Sequence record: PP777464.1 | DNA length: 64,000 nt | Strand: one strand, 5' to 3' | Notes under the pieces: generated by a model | Database searches by the model: none | Told to the model about the DNA's origin: nothing | Seen by the model: only the letters and a program-made list of their open reading frames with translations | Shown here: in pieces, positions 24,427 through 38,119 of the stretch | How the letters are laid out: each line of letters opens with the position of its first letter | How positions within the stretch are numbered: the first letter of the stretch is position 1 | Position numbers and translations under genes: made by a program

Positions 24427-24471
24427 TCATAAAGCAAGACAGAGGTCTTTTTTATTTTATATGGAGTAATT

Positions 24472-25434
24472 ATGGATATAAACCAAACAGCAGCGGAGCT
24501 ACAGAAGTTTGCTGACGCACATAATTTGAATGTTGATGTTTCTGTTGTACTGGATAATATGGATGCGGGTGATTTCATCACACTAAATGCCGCTATGGAT
24601 AATTCAGATAACCGTGAAATTTTTCAAATTCTACAAAAGTACAAAGCACAAATGAGTGAAAGTTTCTCATACTTCAGTACTGATAATGTAACTAAACATA
24701 TTGTTGAAAGTTCTGATTGGCATAAGACAGTTGATTCTATGACAATGAAAGACTTAGTTGAAGCATACAAAAGTAACTTCACATACTCTGATGTTTCTAA
24801 GTTGAGTATTCAAGAATTAAAAACTATTGTGTTTGAAGATTTATCCTCTAATTTGGAAAATCCAGAAAATCAATTAAAATCTACACAGATTGCTAAAATG
24901 AATGTGTCACAGCAACAACAGCAAGTTAATCCACAAACCCAAGCAAAACTTAAACAAGCAGAACTACAACGTAATGCTAATAACATTAAAGTTAGTGTTC
25001 CTGGTAGTCAAAGCGGTACTGATTCAATTGAACCAGTTGTTGGTATTGATGCTGGACAAAATCCACAACAATCATTAGTAGTAACCAAAAGTGGCACTAA
25101 GCCAAACGAATTGAATGTTTTCCCTTTGGATGATGTGACTCCAGTTGACAATCAAAATCAAAGTACTACAATTCGTGAAGAGAAATCACCACAAGAAATT
25201 AATAGTGAAGTGATGGGTGAGCCTGGTATGGAACCAGACGGTAATCCAAATTCACCATCTCCACTAACACAACACGCACCAGGTATGGGTGAAATGATTC
25301 ATGCAATCGCTGATATCGAAAAAGAAGATGATATCTATGGTGATGAAAGTGTAATGGCAAACTCTGCACAACAAGAGAATGATGAGATGGTAGATCAAAT
25401 CATTGATTTCTGTCACCGTATGCGAGGCCGATAA
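24472..25434 (+). CDS. Putative internal-head/core protein (320 aa)
   Basis: GGAG RBS, late promoter, several (M/I)-x-E-S/E motifs, low-complexity Q-rich segment. Confidence 0.6.
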   Translation: MDINQTAAELQKFADAHNLNVDVSVVLDNMDAGDFITLNAAMDNSDNREIFQILQKYKAQMSESFSYFSTDNVTKHIVESSDWHKTVDSMTMKDLVEAYKSNFTYSDVSKLSIQELKTIVFEDLSSNLENPENQLKSTQIAKMNVSQQQQQVNPQTQAKLKQAELQRNANNIKVSVPGSQSGTDSIEPVVGIDAGQNPQQSLVVTKSGTKPNELNVFPLDDVTPVDNQNQSTTIREEKSPQEINSEVMGEPGMEPDGNPNSPSPLTQHAPGMGEMIHAIADIEKEDDIYGDESVMANSAQQENDEMVDQIIDFCHRMRGR

Positions 25435-25652
25435 TGAGAACTGTACCTAATGTTCATGGTCACAACACTATGGTTTCCAACGAAGAATACAGACTATTAC
25501 AGAAAATTAAGGCACGAGGTTCCGTGCCAGTTGAAAAAGTAAACGAATACTATCAGGAACTAGCGGATAAAATGGTATCTCGTGGAGTCCTAAATATTGT
25601 TGAGAAAGATGACGGTACTGAAGAGTATTCAACTGTTAGGAGTAATAAATGA
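25434..25652 (+). CDS. Hypothetical protein (72 aa)
   Basis: TAATG coupling. Confidence 0.65.
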   Translation: MRTVPNVHGHNTMVSNEEYRLLQKIKARGSVPVEKVNEYYQELADKMVSRGVLNIVEKDDGTEEYSTVRSNK

Positions 25653-26326
25653 ATTACGAGTACGATCAACAATCAGTTAATCAGATGGCTGATTTGTTAA
25701 GCGGTTTGAATGACATTGAAGCTGGTGCAACCCATAATGCGTCTGGTGTTCCTTACAAGTCAGGTGGTGATATCGGTGCAATGACCGACATTTTGACATC
25801 ATTAAATGAAGCTGGTATGAATTATGGTGTTGATCCAGAACAGACACATCCACATGTTGTTCCATTCTACGCCCCATACAATGAACACATGCTTGGTCAC
25901 CAACCAGCACAACCTGTTGTACAACGTGCACCTGCTAAACCTAAAACTAACTGGAGTTTAGTAGAAGAAAAAATTCAAGGTACTAAATCAACAAAAGTAT
26001 ACAGTGTTAAATGTAATCATAGTTCTCAAGTTATCATGAATAATATTATGATGTATGAAGCTGCACTAACACTAGTAAACCTTCTCAACGAAGGAAGAAT
26101 GTTGACAGATGCAAAAGTTCTTGGTATCATCAGTTCCGGTTTACAATACACCAATGTAATTACCGAAGCATTGAAGGCTGCACAGAAACGTCAACGTGTT
26201 CTGAATGAGTCGAAGTACGATGAGGCAAAAGATTTAGATATCATCATCGCTGAAAAGAAAGCTGAAGCATACAAACTCAAAGAGCGTGTACTGAACTTTC
26301 TAAAGAGTGAAGGTTATATAAAGTAA
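25649..26326 (+). CDS. Putative head/core protein (225 aa)
   Basis: GGAG RBS; LVEE and LNES motifs. Confidence 0.6.
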   Translation: MNYEYDQQSVNQMADLLSGLNDIEAGATHNASGVPYKSGGDIGAMTDILTSLNEAGMNYGVDPEQTHPHVVPFYAPYNEHMLGHQPAQPVVQRAPAKPKTNWSLVEEKIQGTKSTKVYSVKCNHSSQVIMNNIMMYEAALTLVNLLNEGRMLTDAKVLGIISSGLQYTNVITEALKAAQKRQRVLNESKYDEAKDLDIIIAEKKAEAYKLKERVLNFLKSEGYIK

Positions 26327-26359
26327 ATAAATTTAGTGATATTTTATAAGGAAATTCAA

Positions 26360-26992
26360 ATGTCTAACTACAAAAAACTAATGGAATCTGCTTCACGTGT
26401 TGAAGCAATGAAGTTCATCAAATTGAACGAATCTAACATCGAGAAAGCTGAAATCGTTCTCTCTGTTAAAGGTGAAATCGTTGACAAACTACAACGTCAG
26501 TCTGAAGTAATCAACAACATGGGCGTTGACGTTCTAGGCCCACTACTTGACCGTATCAAAGCGGAACAAGGTCTTGATGCTGCACAGAACTTTAGTGATA
26601 GCGTTCGTCACCTACTTCAACATGCAGTTACTACTCTAATGGATGTTAAAGATAAAATCAGTACTGAAACTTTAAAACTAACTGGTGATATCACTGATGG
26701 CCCAGCAGTTTCTGATATTGGTAGTGAAGATGTTGATATCGACATTGCTGCTGACACCCCAACGTTCGACATGGGTGCTGATGCTGATTTCGAAGAAGAT
26801 ATTATTTCTGAACCAGTACCAACTGAGCGTGAAATGAAAGAATCTGTAAAACCAACTCAAATTGGTATTAAGATGGAAAGTGTTCGCGGTACTGTAGGTA
26901 CTAAATTCTTCAAAAACAAAGAAGAAATGAAAACTTGGCTATCTGAGAACGAGAAGAAAGTTAAACGTGTACTAGGATACGTTAAAAAATAA
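26360..26992 (+). CDS. Putative prohead core/internal protein (210 aa)
   Basis: AAGGA RBS; LMES, LNES and MKES motifs; acidic linker. Confidence 0.6.
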   Translation: MSNYKKLMESASRVEAMKFIKLNESNIEKAEIVLSVKGEIVDKLQRQSEVINNMGVDVLGPLLDRIKAEQGLDAAQNFSDSVRHLLQHAVTTLMDVKDKISTETLKLTGDITDGPAVSDIGSEDVDIDIAADTPTFDMGADADFEEDIISEPVPTEREMKESVKPTQIGIKMESVRGTVGTKFFKNKEEMKTWLSENEKKVKRVLGYVKK

Positions 26993-27008
26993 TTAAGGAT
27001 GAATCTAA

Positions 27009-27338
27009 ATGAGATTTCAAGATCTTACAGAAGAGGCTCCTGGTAAAGACATACGCAATATGATTACTACTATTGCGTTGTCTTTAGTATCATCGGGTCG
27101 CGAAGAAGTGAACCTACAATCTTTAATCGCTGAAATCAAAAAGCGAACCAACATTGATGTTCCTTATAATGTTATGATGGATATTCTAAACTCTTTGCCA
27201 TTTGTGCAAGATGCGAATTCGGATGTTGTAACATTTACTGGTAATGATTCAGAAAGTACTGGTGAAGTTGAACAGAACTCTGAAGACCAAGTTGAAGATT
27301 GGGCAACAAAAGCTGCTGTTGCAGCAAATAAGCAATAA
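27009..27338 (+). CDS. Putative internal-head protein (109 aa)
   Basis: N-terminus MRFQDLTEE resembles T4 capsid-targeting leaders. Confidence 0.55.
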   Translation: MRFQDLTEEAPGKDIRNMITTIALSLVSSGREEVNLQSLIAEIKKRTNIDVPYNVMMDILNSLPFVQDANSDVVTFTGNDSESTGEVEQNSEDQVEDWATKAAVAANKQ

Positions 27339-27343
27339 AAACT

Positions 27344-27371
27344 GAGACAAACAAAAATACGATGCTATAAT
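27344..27371 (+). promoter_or_regulatory. Middle-class promoter
   Basis: GAGACA-N16-TATAAT with TGC before -10. Confidence 0.7.
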
Positions 27372-27384
27372 TAGGAGTACACGG

Positions 27385-28104
27385 ATGTACACACCACCAA
27401 TTGTTAGCAGATATACATACGTTGATTACAAAAGAATTGAAGGCGGCCCCGAAGGTCGCCTTTATTCAACTCCAACAGGGAATCTGCCGTCAGTAACAAC
27501 AATTCTTAGTGCCACCTCTGACAATGAGGGGTTGAAAAAATGGAGAGAATTTGTTGGTGAAGAGAAAGCTAATGAGATTACATTAGAAGCATGTACTGTT
27601 GGTACTTTTATGCACGAGAACTTAGAATATCGTCTGGATGGAAAGCCAGACCACCAAGGTGGTATGCCGATACGAGTTCTGGCCCGTAGAATGGCTGACA
27701 AAATTCAAGAAGAAGCATGGCCTAGAATCAATGAAGTGTGGGGTCAGGAAGTTCCATTATTCTATGAAGGATTATGGGCTGGAACAACTGACTTAGTTGG
27801 AGTTCATGATGGTATTCCTTCTATCATGGACTATAAGAATTCCCGTAAATTAAAGACATGGGAACATATCGAAAATTACCGTATGCAAATCGCTGCATAT
27901 GCACTATCGCATAATCAAATGTTTGGAACAAATATTGAGCGTGGTGTAATTTTCATCTGTGTAAGAAAAGATCCTAACAATTTACAATATCAAGAATTCG
28001 TTATTGAAGGACAAGACTTCAAGGATGCGGTTGATATGTGGATTGGTAGAGTTGAACAATACTATATTTTACGTGGAGAAATTGAATCAAATGGAACAGC
28101 ATAA
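27385..28104 (+). CDS. PD-(D/E)XK exonuclease
   Basis: LPSVTTIL, GTFMH, AGTTDLV, IMDYKNS, YRMQIAAY. Confidence 0.88.
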   Translation: MYTPPIVSRYTYVDYKRIEGGPEGRLYSTPTGNLPSVTTILSATSDNEGLKKWREFVGEEKANEITLEACTVGTFMHENLEYRLDGKPDHQGGMPIRVLARRMADKIQEEAWPRINEVWGQEVPLFYEGLWAGTTDLVGVHDGIPSIMDYKNSRKLKTWEHIENYRMQIAAYALSHNQMFGTNIERGVIFICVRKDPNNLQYQEFVIEGQDFKDAVDMWIGRVEQYYILRGEIESNGTA

Positions 28105-28648
28105 ACAAATGAAACAAGACCTATATACAATTCGTGCACTAGAAAGTAAAGGCTACTCCTTAGATGAAGTAATCAAACTAAGTGATGAAGAAATTGACAA
28201 ACTACAACTTTCAAATAAACTTCTAGTTAATATTAAAGATTATAAATCTCGCGGTGCAAAACCAGTAGAAGTAATCAAAGAGAAAATTGCTGAAGATATT
28301 AGTGTTGACGAAGTATCTCGTAATGTTGCACCAGAAGTAATCGAATCATATGTAGTAGATACTGAAGAACAAATTAAAGTATCTGAAGAAGTACAAGTAA
28401 TCGCTGAAGAACTAGCACCTGTTGTTGAAGAAGAAGACGTTGTTGTTATTGAACGTGTTGAAGCTTCAAAAGAAGATTTGGATATTATCAAAGAAGCACT
28501 AAAAACCAAAGAACTAAAAAGTGTTGCAAACTATGTAAAACACTTGAAATCCCTAGTTCCTGAATCAATTCTTTCTTCCGTTGATAGCTCTGTTGTATCT
28601 CAACTAATCAATGAGCGTATTGCTGAAGTTAAAGAAAACGCTAAATAA
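28091..28648 (+). CDS. Hypothetical acidic protein
   Basis: GGAG RBS before ATG 28091; E/V-rich. Confidence 0.7.
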   Translation: MEQHKQMKQDLYTIRALESKGYSLDEVIKLSDEEIDKLQLSNKLLVNIKDYKSRGAKPVEVIKEKIAEDISVDEVSRNVAPEVIESYVVDTEEQIKVSEEVQVIAEELAPVVEEEDVVVIERVEASKEDLDIIKEALKTKELKSVANYVKHLKSLVPESILSSVDSSVVSQLINERIAEVKENAK

Positions 28649-28676
28649 TCCTATAATACTATAGGAGATAGTTTTT

Positions 28677-29258
28677 ATGGCACAACAACAAATTGCGTTA
28701 CAGCAAGTAAGAACTGGTAAGCAACGTGACTTACCAGACGCGTTGGAAAAAGGCCAGATAGGATTCAGTACTGATGTGGGTCGTGTATTCATCGGCCTAC
28801 CTTCCTCATCAGACCCAGCAAGCTTAGTTGCTGGGCGTACATGGGAAACTGATCCAAACTCTGGTAAAGAGAACGTGGAAATAATTACCGAATTCTCACC
28901 GTGGAGAACGGTATCCAAAATCATCAACCGTCCATTTGAAGTAGACATTCCACAAAACCAAGAGAGTGTTGAAGTTATTATTGAAAGTGAAAGTCGTGTA
29001 TTCATCGACTACATCGCGTATAATAGCAATGAGACTATTTTAGAATCAGGCACAGTGCAAATTGTTGCTGCTGGTTCTTCAACTATGATTGCACAGTCAA
29101 ATAACACAAGCCGTACTGATGCAATTTTATCTATTCTGTTTAGTAATCCAGTTTATGATTCAAGTACTGGAAATATGCAATTTGACATAGTTAATGCGGA
29201 TTATTTAAATTCAGGATACCACATAGAATTTGTATATCGTGGGTGGGACAAACCTTAA
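28677..29258 (+). CDS. Putative virion structural protein (193 aa)
   Basis: LEKGQIGFSTDVGRVFIG resembles N-termini of phage fibre/structural proteins; AGGAG RBS. Confidence 0.55.
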   Translation: MAQQQIALQQVRTGKQRDLPDALEKGQIGFSTDVGRVFIGLPSSSDPASLVAGRTWETDPNSGKENVEIITEFSPWRTVSKIINRPFEVDIPQNQESVEVIIESESRVFIDYIAYNSNETILESGTVQIVAAGSSTMIAQSNNTSRTDAILSILFSNPVYDSSTGNMQFDIVNADYLNSGYHIEFVYRGWDKP

Positions 29259-29324
29259 AAGGCGTCCCGCCTTTTTCTTCCACAAAATTTAAGAACTGTA
29301 TAAACAATATAACAAGGATGACAC

Positions 29325-31643
29325 ATGATTAACGTAACCAAGCGTAATGGAAAAAAAGAACCGTTATCTTTGGATAAGATCCATCAAATTTTATTTTTTG
29401 CTGCCGAAGGGCTGAGTGGTGTATCTGTTTCCGAAATTGAAATTCGTGCACAACTTCAATTCTTTGAAGGTATTGAAACAAATACTATTCATGATATTCT
29501 GATTAAATCAGCAGCAGAACTTATTTCTGAAGATACACCAAACTACCAATACGTTGCTGGTCGCTTACTAAATTATAGTATCCGTAAGCAAGTGTATGGT
29601 GACTATGACCCTATCAAGTACACTGCACATCTACAAGAAATGGTAGATACAAAAATCTATGATCCAGAAATTCTTGAGAAATACACACTTCAAGAAATTG
29701 AAGAGCTTGGACGTTACATCAAACATAAACGTGATGATAAATTCACTTATGTTGCTATGCGTCAGTGGGAAGGAAAGTATCTATATAAGAATCGCGTAAC
29801 TAAGAAAATCTACGAAACTCCACAAATGGCATATATGACCATTGCAGCAATCATCTTTATGGAGTATGATCGCTCTGTACGTATGTCTTATGTTAAGAAG
29901 TTTTATGATGCTGTTAGTAACTTTGATATCAGTCTCCCGACTCCTATCATGGCTGGTCTACGTACCAATACACGTCAGTTTAGTTCTTGTGTAGTACTAA
30001 ACGTTGGAGATAGTCTAGATAGTATTGGTTCTTCTAACCACGCTATACTACGTTATATTTCCCGTAAAGCTGGACTTGGTATCAATATGGGCCGCATTCG
30101 TGCTCTGGACTCCGAGATTCGTTCAGGTGATGCAGTACACACTGGTTTGATTCCTTTCATTGCATCAACTGCTAAGACCGTTAAAAGCTGCTCTCAAGGT
30201 GGTGTACGTGGTGGTGCAGCAACAGTCCACTTCCCATTGTGGCATTTGGAATTTGACAATCTTGTAGTACTGAAAAATAACAAAGGTACTGAGTTCAACC
30301 GTGTTCGACAACTTGACTATTGTTTCCAAGTGAACAAAACACTATATCAACGTTTAGTGGATGGCAAGAATATTACATTCTTTAGTCCTAATGAAGTTCC
30401 TGGGCTATATGAAGCATTCTGTTCTAACCAAAAAGAATTTGAAAAGCTTTACAAGAAGTATGAAGCTGATCCAAGCATTCGTAAAAAATCTGTATCTGCT
30501 GTTGAAGTATTCAGTACTCTAATGACTGAGCGTGCCGAAACTGGTCGTATCTATATTCAAAACATTGACCATGCAAACACACACTCAACCTTTATTGAAT
30601 CAATTGCACCAATTGAACAATCCAACTTGTGTCAAGAAATCGCACTACCATCTGTGCCATTTGATGATATTAATACTGGCGAAGGTTTGATTAGTCTATG
30701 TACTTTGAGTGCAATCAACTGGGGTAACTTTGACCGCCCAGAAGATATGGAAACTGCTTGTGATCTTTCTGTACGTGCTCTTGATTCTCTATTGGATTAT
30801 CAAGACTACCCAGTAGTTCATGCTGACCGTGCAACTAAAATGTATCGCCCATTAGGTGTTGGTATAATTAACTTTGCATACTTCCTTGCTAAACGTGGTT
30901 TGCGTTACAATGAAGCTGCATTGGAAACAGTTAACGAGTGGGCTGAAGCATGGTCTTATTATCTAATTAAATCTTCTGTTCAGCTTGCTAAAGAGAAAGG
31001 TAAGTGTGAAGGTTTTGACACACTAAAATATGCTAAAGGTATTTTACCAATTGATACCTATAAAGAAGATATTGATGCGTTGGTATCTCCTGAACTAAAA
31101 CAAGATTGGGAAACATTGCGTCAGGATATCAAACAATATGGTATTCGTAACGCAACAACTATGGCACTGATGCCAGCAGAAACTAGTGCACAAATCAGTA
31201 ACAGTACTAATGGTATTGAGAAACCTCGTTCACTTGTAACCAAGAAACTATCTAAAGATGGTATTCTGAAACAAGTAGTTCCTGAAATCAATAAGTTGAA
31301 AAACAAATATGATTTATTGTGGGACCAGAAAGATAACATCGGTTATCTACAAATCTGTGGTGTTCTTCAGAAATACATTGACCAAAGTATTAGTGTGAAT
31401 ACCAGTTACAATCCAGCACACTTCCCTGATGGTAAGTTGCCAATGTCAACACTACTAACTGAATTAATGTATGCATACAAAGTTGGTTTGAAAAATCTGT
31501 ACTATCATAATACTAATGATGGTTCTGATGAAGTTGATGTTGAGAAAGTACTAAAAGAAGCTGCAAAACCAGAATCAGGACAGTTTGTGTTGCCTACACT
31601 ACCTGACTTAGATGAAGGTGATTGTGATAGTTGTAAGATCTAA
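29325..31643 (+). CDS. nrdA: Class Ia ribonucleotide reductase alpha subunit
   Basis: ATP-cone VTKRNG, PTPIMAG, QFSSCV, SNLCQEI, LMPAETSA, KNLYY. Confidence 0.98.
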   Translation: MINVTKRNGKKEPLSLDKIHQILFFAAEGLSGVSVSEIEIRAQLQFFEGIETNTIHDILIKSAAELISEDTPNYQYVAGRLLNYSIRKQVYGDYDPIKYTAHLQEMVDTKIYDPEILEKYTLQEIEELGRYIKHKRDDKFTYVAMRQWEGKYLYKNRVTKKIYETPQMAYMTIAAIIFMEYDRSVRMSYVKKFYDAVSNFDISLPTPIMAGLRTNTRQFSSCVVLNVGDSLDSIGSSNHAILRYISRKAGLGINMGRIRALDSEIRSGDAVHTGLIPFIASTAKTVKSCSQGGVRGGAATVHFPLWHLEFDNLVVLKNNKGTEFNRVRQLDYCFQVNKTLYQRLVDGKNITFFSPNEVPGLYEAFCSNQKEFEKLYKKYEADPSIRKKSVSAVEVFSTLMTERAETGRIYIQNIDHANTHSTFIESIAPIEQSNLCQEIALPSVPFDDINTGEGLISLCTLSAINWGNFDRPEDMETACDLSVRALDSLLDYQDYPVVHADRATKMYRPLGVGIINFAYFLAKRGLRYNEAALETVNEWAEAWSYYLIKSSVQLAKEKGKCEGFDTLKYAKGILPIDTYKEDIDALVSPELKQDWETLRQDIKQYGIRNATTMALMPAETSAQISNSTNGIEKPRSLVTKKLSKDGILKQVVPEINKLKNKYDLLWDQKDNIGYLQICGVLQKYIDQSISVNTSYNPAHFPDGKLPMSTLLTELMYAYKVGLKNLYYHNTNDGSDEVDVEKVLKEAAKPESGQFVLPTLPDLDEGDCDSCKI

Positions 31644-31648
31644 TTAAA

Positions 31649-31690
31649 GATCCCGCTTCGGCGGGATTTATTTCATAGGAGTGATATAAT
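31649..31690 (+). terminator. Terminator whose 3' arm doubles as the upstream hexamer of a middle-class promoter
   Basis: ATCCCGC-TTCG-GCGGGAT; GGGATT(31663)-N16-TATAAT(31685). Confidence 0.65.
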
Positions 31691-32462
31691 GAAAGTTGAC
31701 TATCGTAGTCCAATAGATATTGGATTCATAGAAGAATTTTGGGATGATCTTGATATGGATATGATTGTTCGCTATCAAAAACTCCCACAAGACTTTATAA
31801 AAAAACATTTTGATAAAATGAACCCTAATATGTTAGCTCGATATCAAACAATGACAACTGATTTTCTTAAAGAAAAGTGGGAGTGGTTTGATAAAAATGT
31901 TATTGCACAATATGTAGTCATGCCAATGGAATTGATTATGGAAAAATGGAATGACTTCAAAGATAACTTTCTGGATACTGTTGCTAAGTATCAAAAACTA
32001 ACACAAGATTTTATTCAAGACAAATGGAATGACCTTGTTGAATTTAGAGATGGTGTAATGTCGGAAATTTCCAGATACCAAAAACTAACACTTGATTTCA
32101 TTAAAGATAAATGGGATTATATTGATAAGAACTATATTTCATATTATCAAACTTTAACGGTTGATTTTATCAAAGATAATATTACTGCATTAAATGTTGC
32201 AGCAGTATCCGCATTTCAAATACTATCGGATGATATACGCTCATTGATGGGGTTAGAAGCACCAGCAAAAACTATTACGGGTAATCAAATACTCGCGTTG
32301 GACCCATGTGCCGATGGTATGGCTCGATACAATGCTCATACACCTGACAATAATACAGTTTTGACATGGAATGAACTACTTACACTACACTTGGGTTCAC
32401 AAGAAGGAATTAGTGATATCCATTGGCTATCATATAAATTGGGTCATAAAATTAATACATAA
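31689..32462 (+). CDS. Tryptophan-repeat (about 23-aa YQKL..DFI..KW) protein inserted between nrdA and nrdB
   Basis: About seven imperfect repeats (R/K)YQ(K/T)L(T/P).DFI....W plus a distinct C-terminal domain. Confidence 0.75.
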   Translation: MKVDYRSPIDIGFIEEFWDDLDMDMIVRYQKLPQDFIKKHFDKMNPNMLARYQTMTTDFLKEKWEWFDKNVIAQYVVMPMELIMEKWNDFKDNFLDTVAKYQKLTQDFIQDKWNDLVEFRDGVMSEISRYQKLTLDFIKDKWDYIDKNYISYYQTLTVDFIKDNITALNVAAVSAFQILSDDIRSLMGLEAPAKTITGNQILALDPCADGMARYNAHTPDNNTVLTWNELLTLHLGSQEGISDIHWLSYKLGHKINT

Positions 32463-32474
32463 AGGAATATATAT

Positions 32475-33599
32475 ATGTCAGTTTTCAAAATTAATGAGAA
32501 GTCTCACCTAGAAAAGAATATGTTTTTTGATGAAAGTGTTGATATTCAACGATTTGAAAGTAACAAATACTCTACACTTGAAAAACTAACTGAACAACAG
32601 AAAAGTTTCTTCTGGACACCAGGTGAAGTTGACGTATCTAAAGATAAAATTGATTTTGCTAACCTCAATGATTCTGAGAAGCATATCTTTACATCAAACT
32701 TAAAACGTCAAATCCTTCTTGATTCAGTTCAAGGTCGTGGTCCTAATCTAATGCTACTGCCATATGCATCTCTACCTGAACTTGAAAACTTTATTGAAAC
32801 ATGGGCGTTCTTTGAAGGTGCTATTCATAGTAAATCATATACACATATTATTCGTAACATTTATCCTAATCCATCTGAAGTTTTTGATACTATGTTGGAC
32901 ATTCCAGAAATCACTGATTGTGCTGCTGATGTTTCAAAATACTATGATGACCTTGATGAACTAGGAACATTGTATCGTGCATTAGGTGAAGGTACTCATA
33001 CTGTTAATGGTAAAACTATTGAAATTAATATGTATGATCTAAAGAAAAAACTATGGTTATGTTTGAATAGTATTAACATTCTTGAAGGTGTTCGTTTCTA
33101 TGCTAGTTTTGCTTGTTCATGGGCATTTGCAGAGAACAACCTCATGGAAGGTAATGCAAAGATTATTCGTCTAATTTGTCGTGATGAAAACCTTCATCTC
33201 GCAGCAACACAAATGATTTTACGTCTTCTAAAGAAAGAAGATCCAGATATGGTAAAAATTGCCGAAGAGTGCTATGATGAAGTACTGGAAATGTTTATGT
33301 CTGCTATTCGCCAAGAAGAAGCATGGGCAGATTTCCTCTTTAAAGATGGTTCTATTATTGGATTGAACTCTGAAATTCTTAAACAGTATGTTCGCTGGAT
33401 TGGTTCTAAGCGTATGACTGCACTTGGTATCAAATGTCCATATACTGTATCCAAGAGTAACCCACTACCGTGGACTGAACACTGGGTAAGTGGTAGTTCT
33501 GTACAGGTAGCACCACAAGAAACTGAAATCAGTTCTTATATCATTGGTGGTATTGTGAATGATATCCAAGGAGATACATTCTCACCATTTAAACTATAA
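32475..33599 (+). CDS. nrdB: Class Ia ribonucleotide reductase beta subunit
   Basis: FFWTPGEVD, LDSVQGR, IHSKSY, LEGVRFYASF, RDENLH, QETE. Confidence 0.98.
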   Translation: MSVFKINEKSHLEKNMFFDESVDIQRFESNKYSTLEKLTEQQKSFFWTPGEVDVSKDKIDFANLNDSEKHIFTSNLKRQILLDSVQGRGPNLMLLPYASLPELENFIETWAFFEGAIHSKSYTHIIRNIYPNPSEVFDTMLDIPEITDCAADVSKYYDDLDELGTLYRALGEGTHTVNGKTIEINMYDLKKKLWLCLNSINILEGVRFYASFACSWAFAENNLMEGNAKIIRLICRDENLHLAATQMILRLLKKEDPDMVKIAEECYDEVLEMFMSAIRQEEAWADFLFKDGSIIGLNSEILKQYVRWIGSKRMTALGIKCPYTVSKSNPLPWTEHWVSGSSVQVAPQETEISSYIIGGIVNDIQGDTFSPFKL

Positions 33600-33611
33600 A
33601 ATAAAACTAAC

Positions 33612-33635
33612 AGGGATTCATAGAATCCCTTTTCT
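33612..33635 (+). terminator. Intrinsic terminator
   Basis: AGGGATTC-ATA-GAATCCCT followed by TTT. Confidence 0.7.
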
Positions 33636-33647
33636 TATGGAATTTAT

Positions 33648-33815
33648 ATGAGTGATATTTTTACAATTGAGCGTAATGTTATCTATGACTTCTACCTAAC
33701 TGGTGGATTTAAGGTAACTGGTGCAGTATCTGATGTTTGTCCCAATGGTCTTGTACTGGTAGATGGTACTAGAGTCGTTCAGGCACACATTGTCATGTTT
33801 GTACCAACCGAATAA
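33648..33815 (+). CDS. Unannotated 55-aa Sm/Hfq-like protein
   Basis: MSDIFTIERNVIYDFYLTGGFKVTGAVSDVCPNGLVLVDGTRVVQAHIVMFVPTE; matches Hfq Sm1 (YLVNGIKLQG) and Sm2 (VYKHAISTVVP) spacing; below the track's 60-aa cutoff. Confidence 0.55.
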   Translation: MSDIFTIERNVIYDFYLTGGFKVTGAVSDVCPNGLVLVDGTRVVQAHIVMFVPTE

Positions 33816-33820
33816 AATTT

Positions 33821-33848
33821 AGGACAAACACCAGAACTGTGCTATAAT
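33821..33848 (+). promoter_or_regulatory. Middle-class promoter
   Basis: AGGACA-N16-TATAAT with TGC before -10. Confidence 0.65.
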
Positions 33849-33850
33849 GA

Positions 33851-36711
<2,861 letters not shown>

Positions 36712-36735
36712 AATCTTATTGTTATTTTTATAAAG

Positions 36736-36743
36736 TATTTACC
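36736..36743 (-). promoter_or_regulatory. Late-promoter-like GGTAAATA driving the holin operon
   Basis: TAAATA core about 40 nt upstream of ATG 36695. Confidence 0.5.
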
Positions 36744-36788
36744 CAAATTTACGTTTTTTTGATAGTTTATATGGAGTTAAAGTAATAA

Positions 36789-38097
<1,309 letters not shown>

Positions 38098-38119
38098 AGT
38101 GTAATAATCAGTCGAGGGA

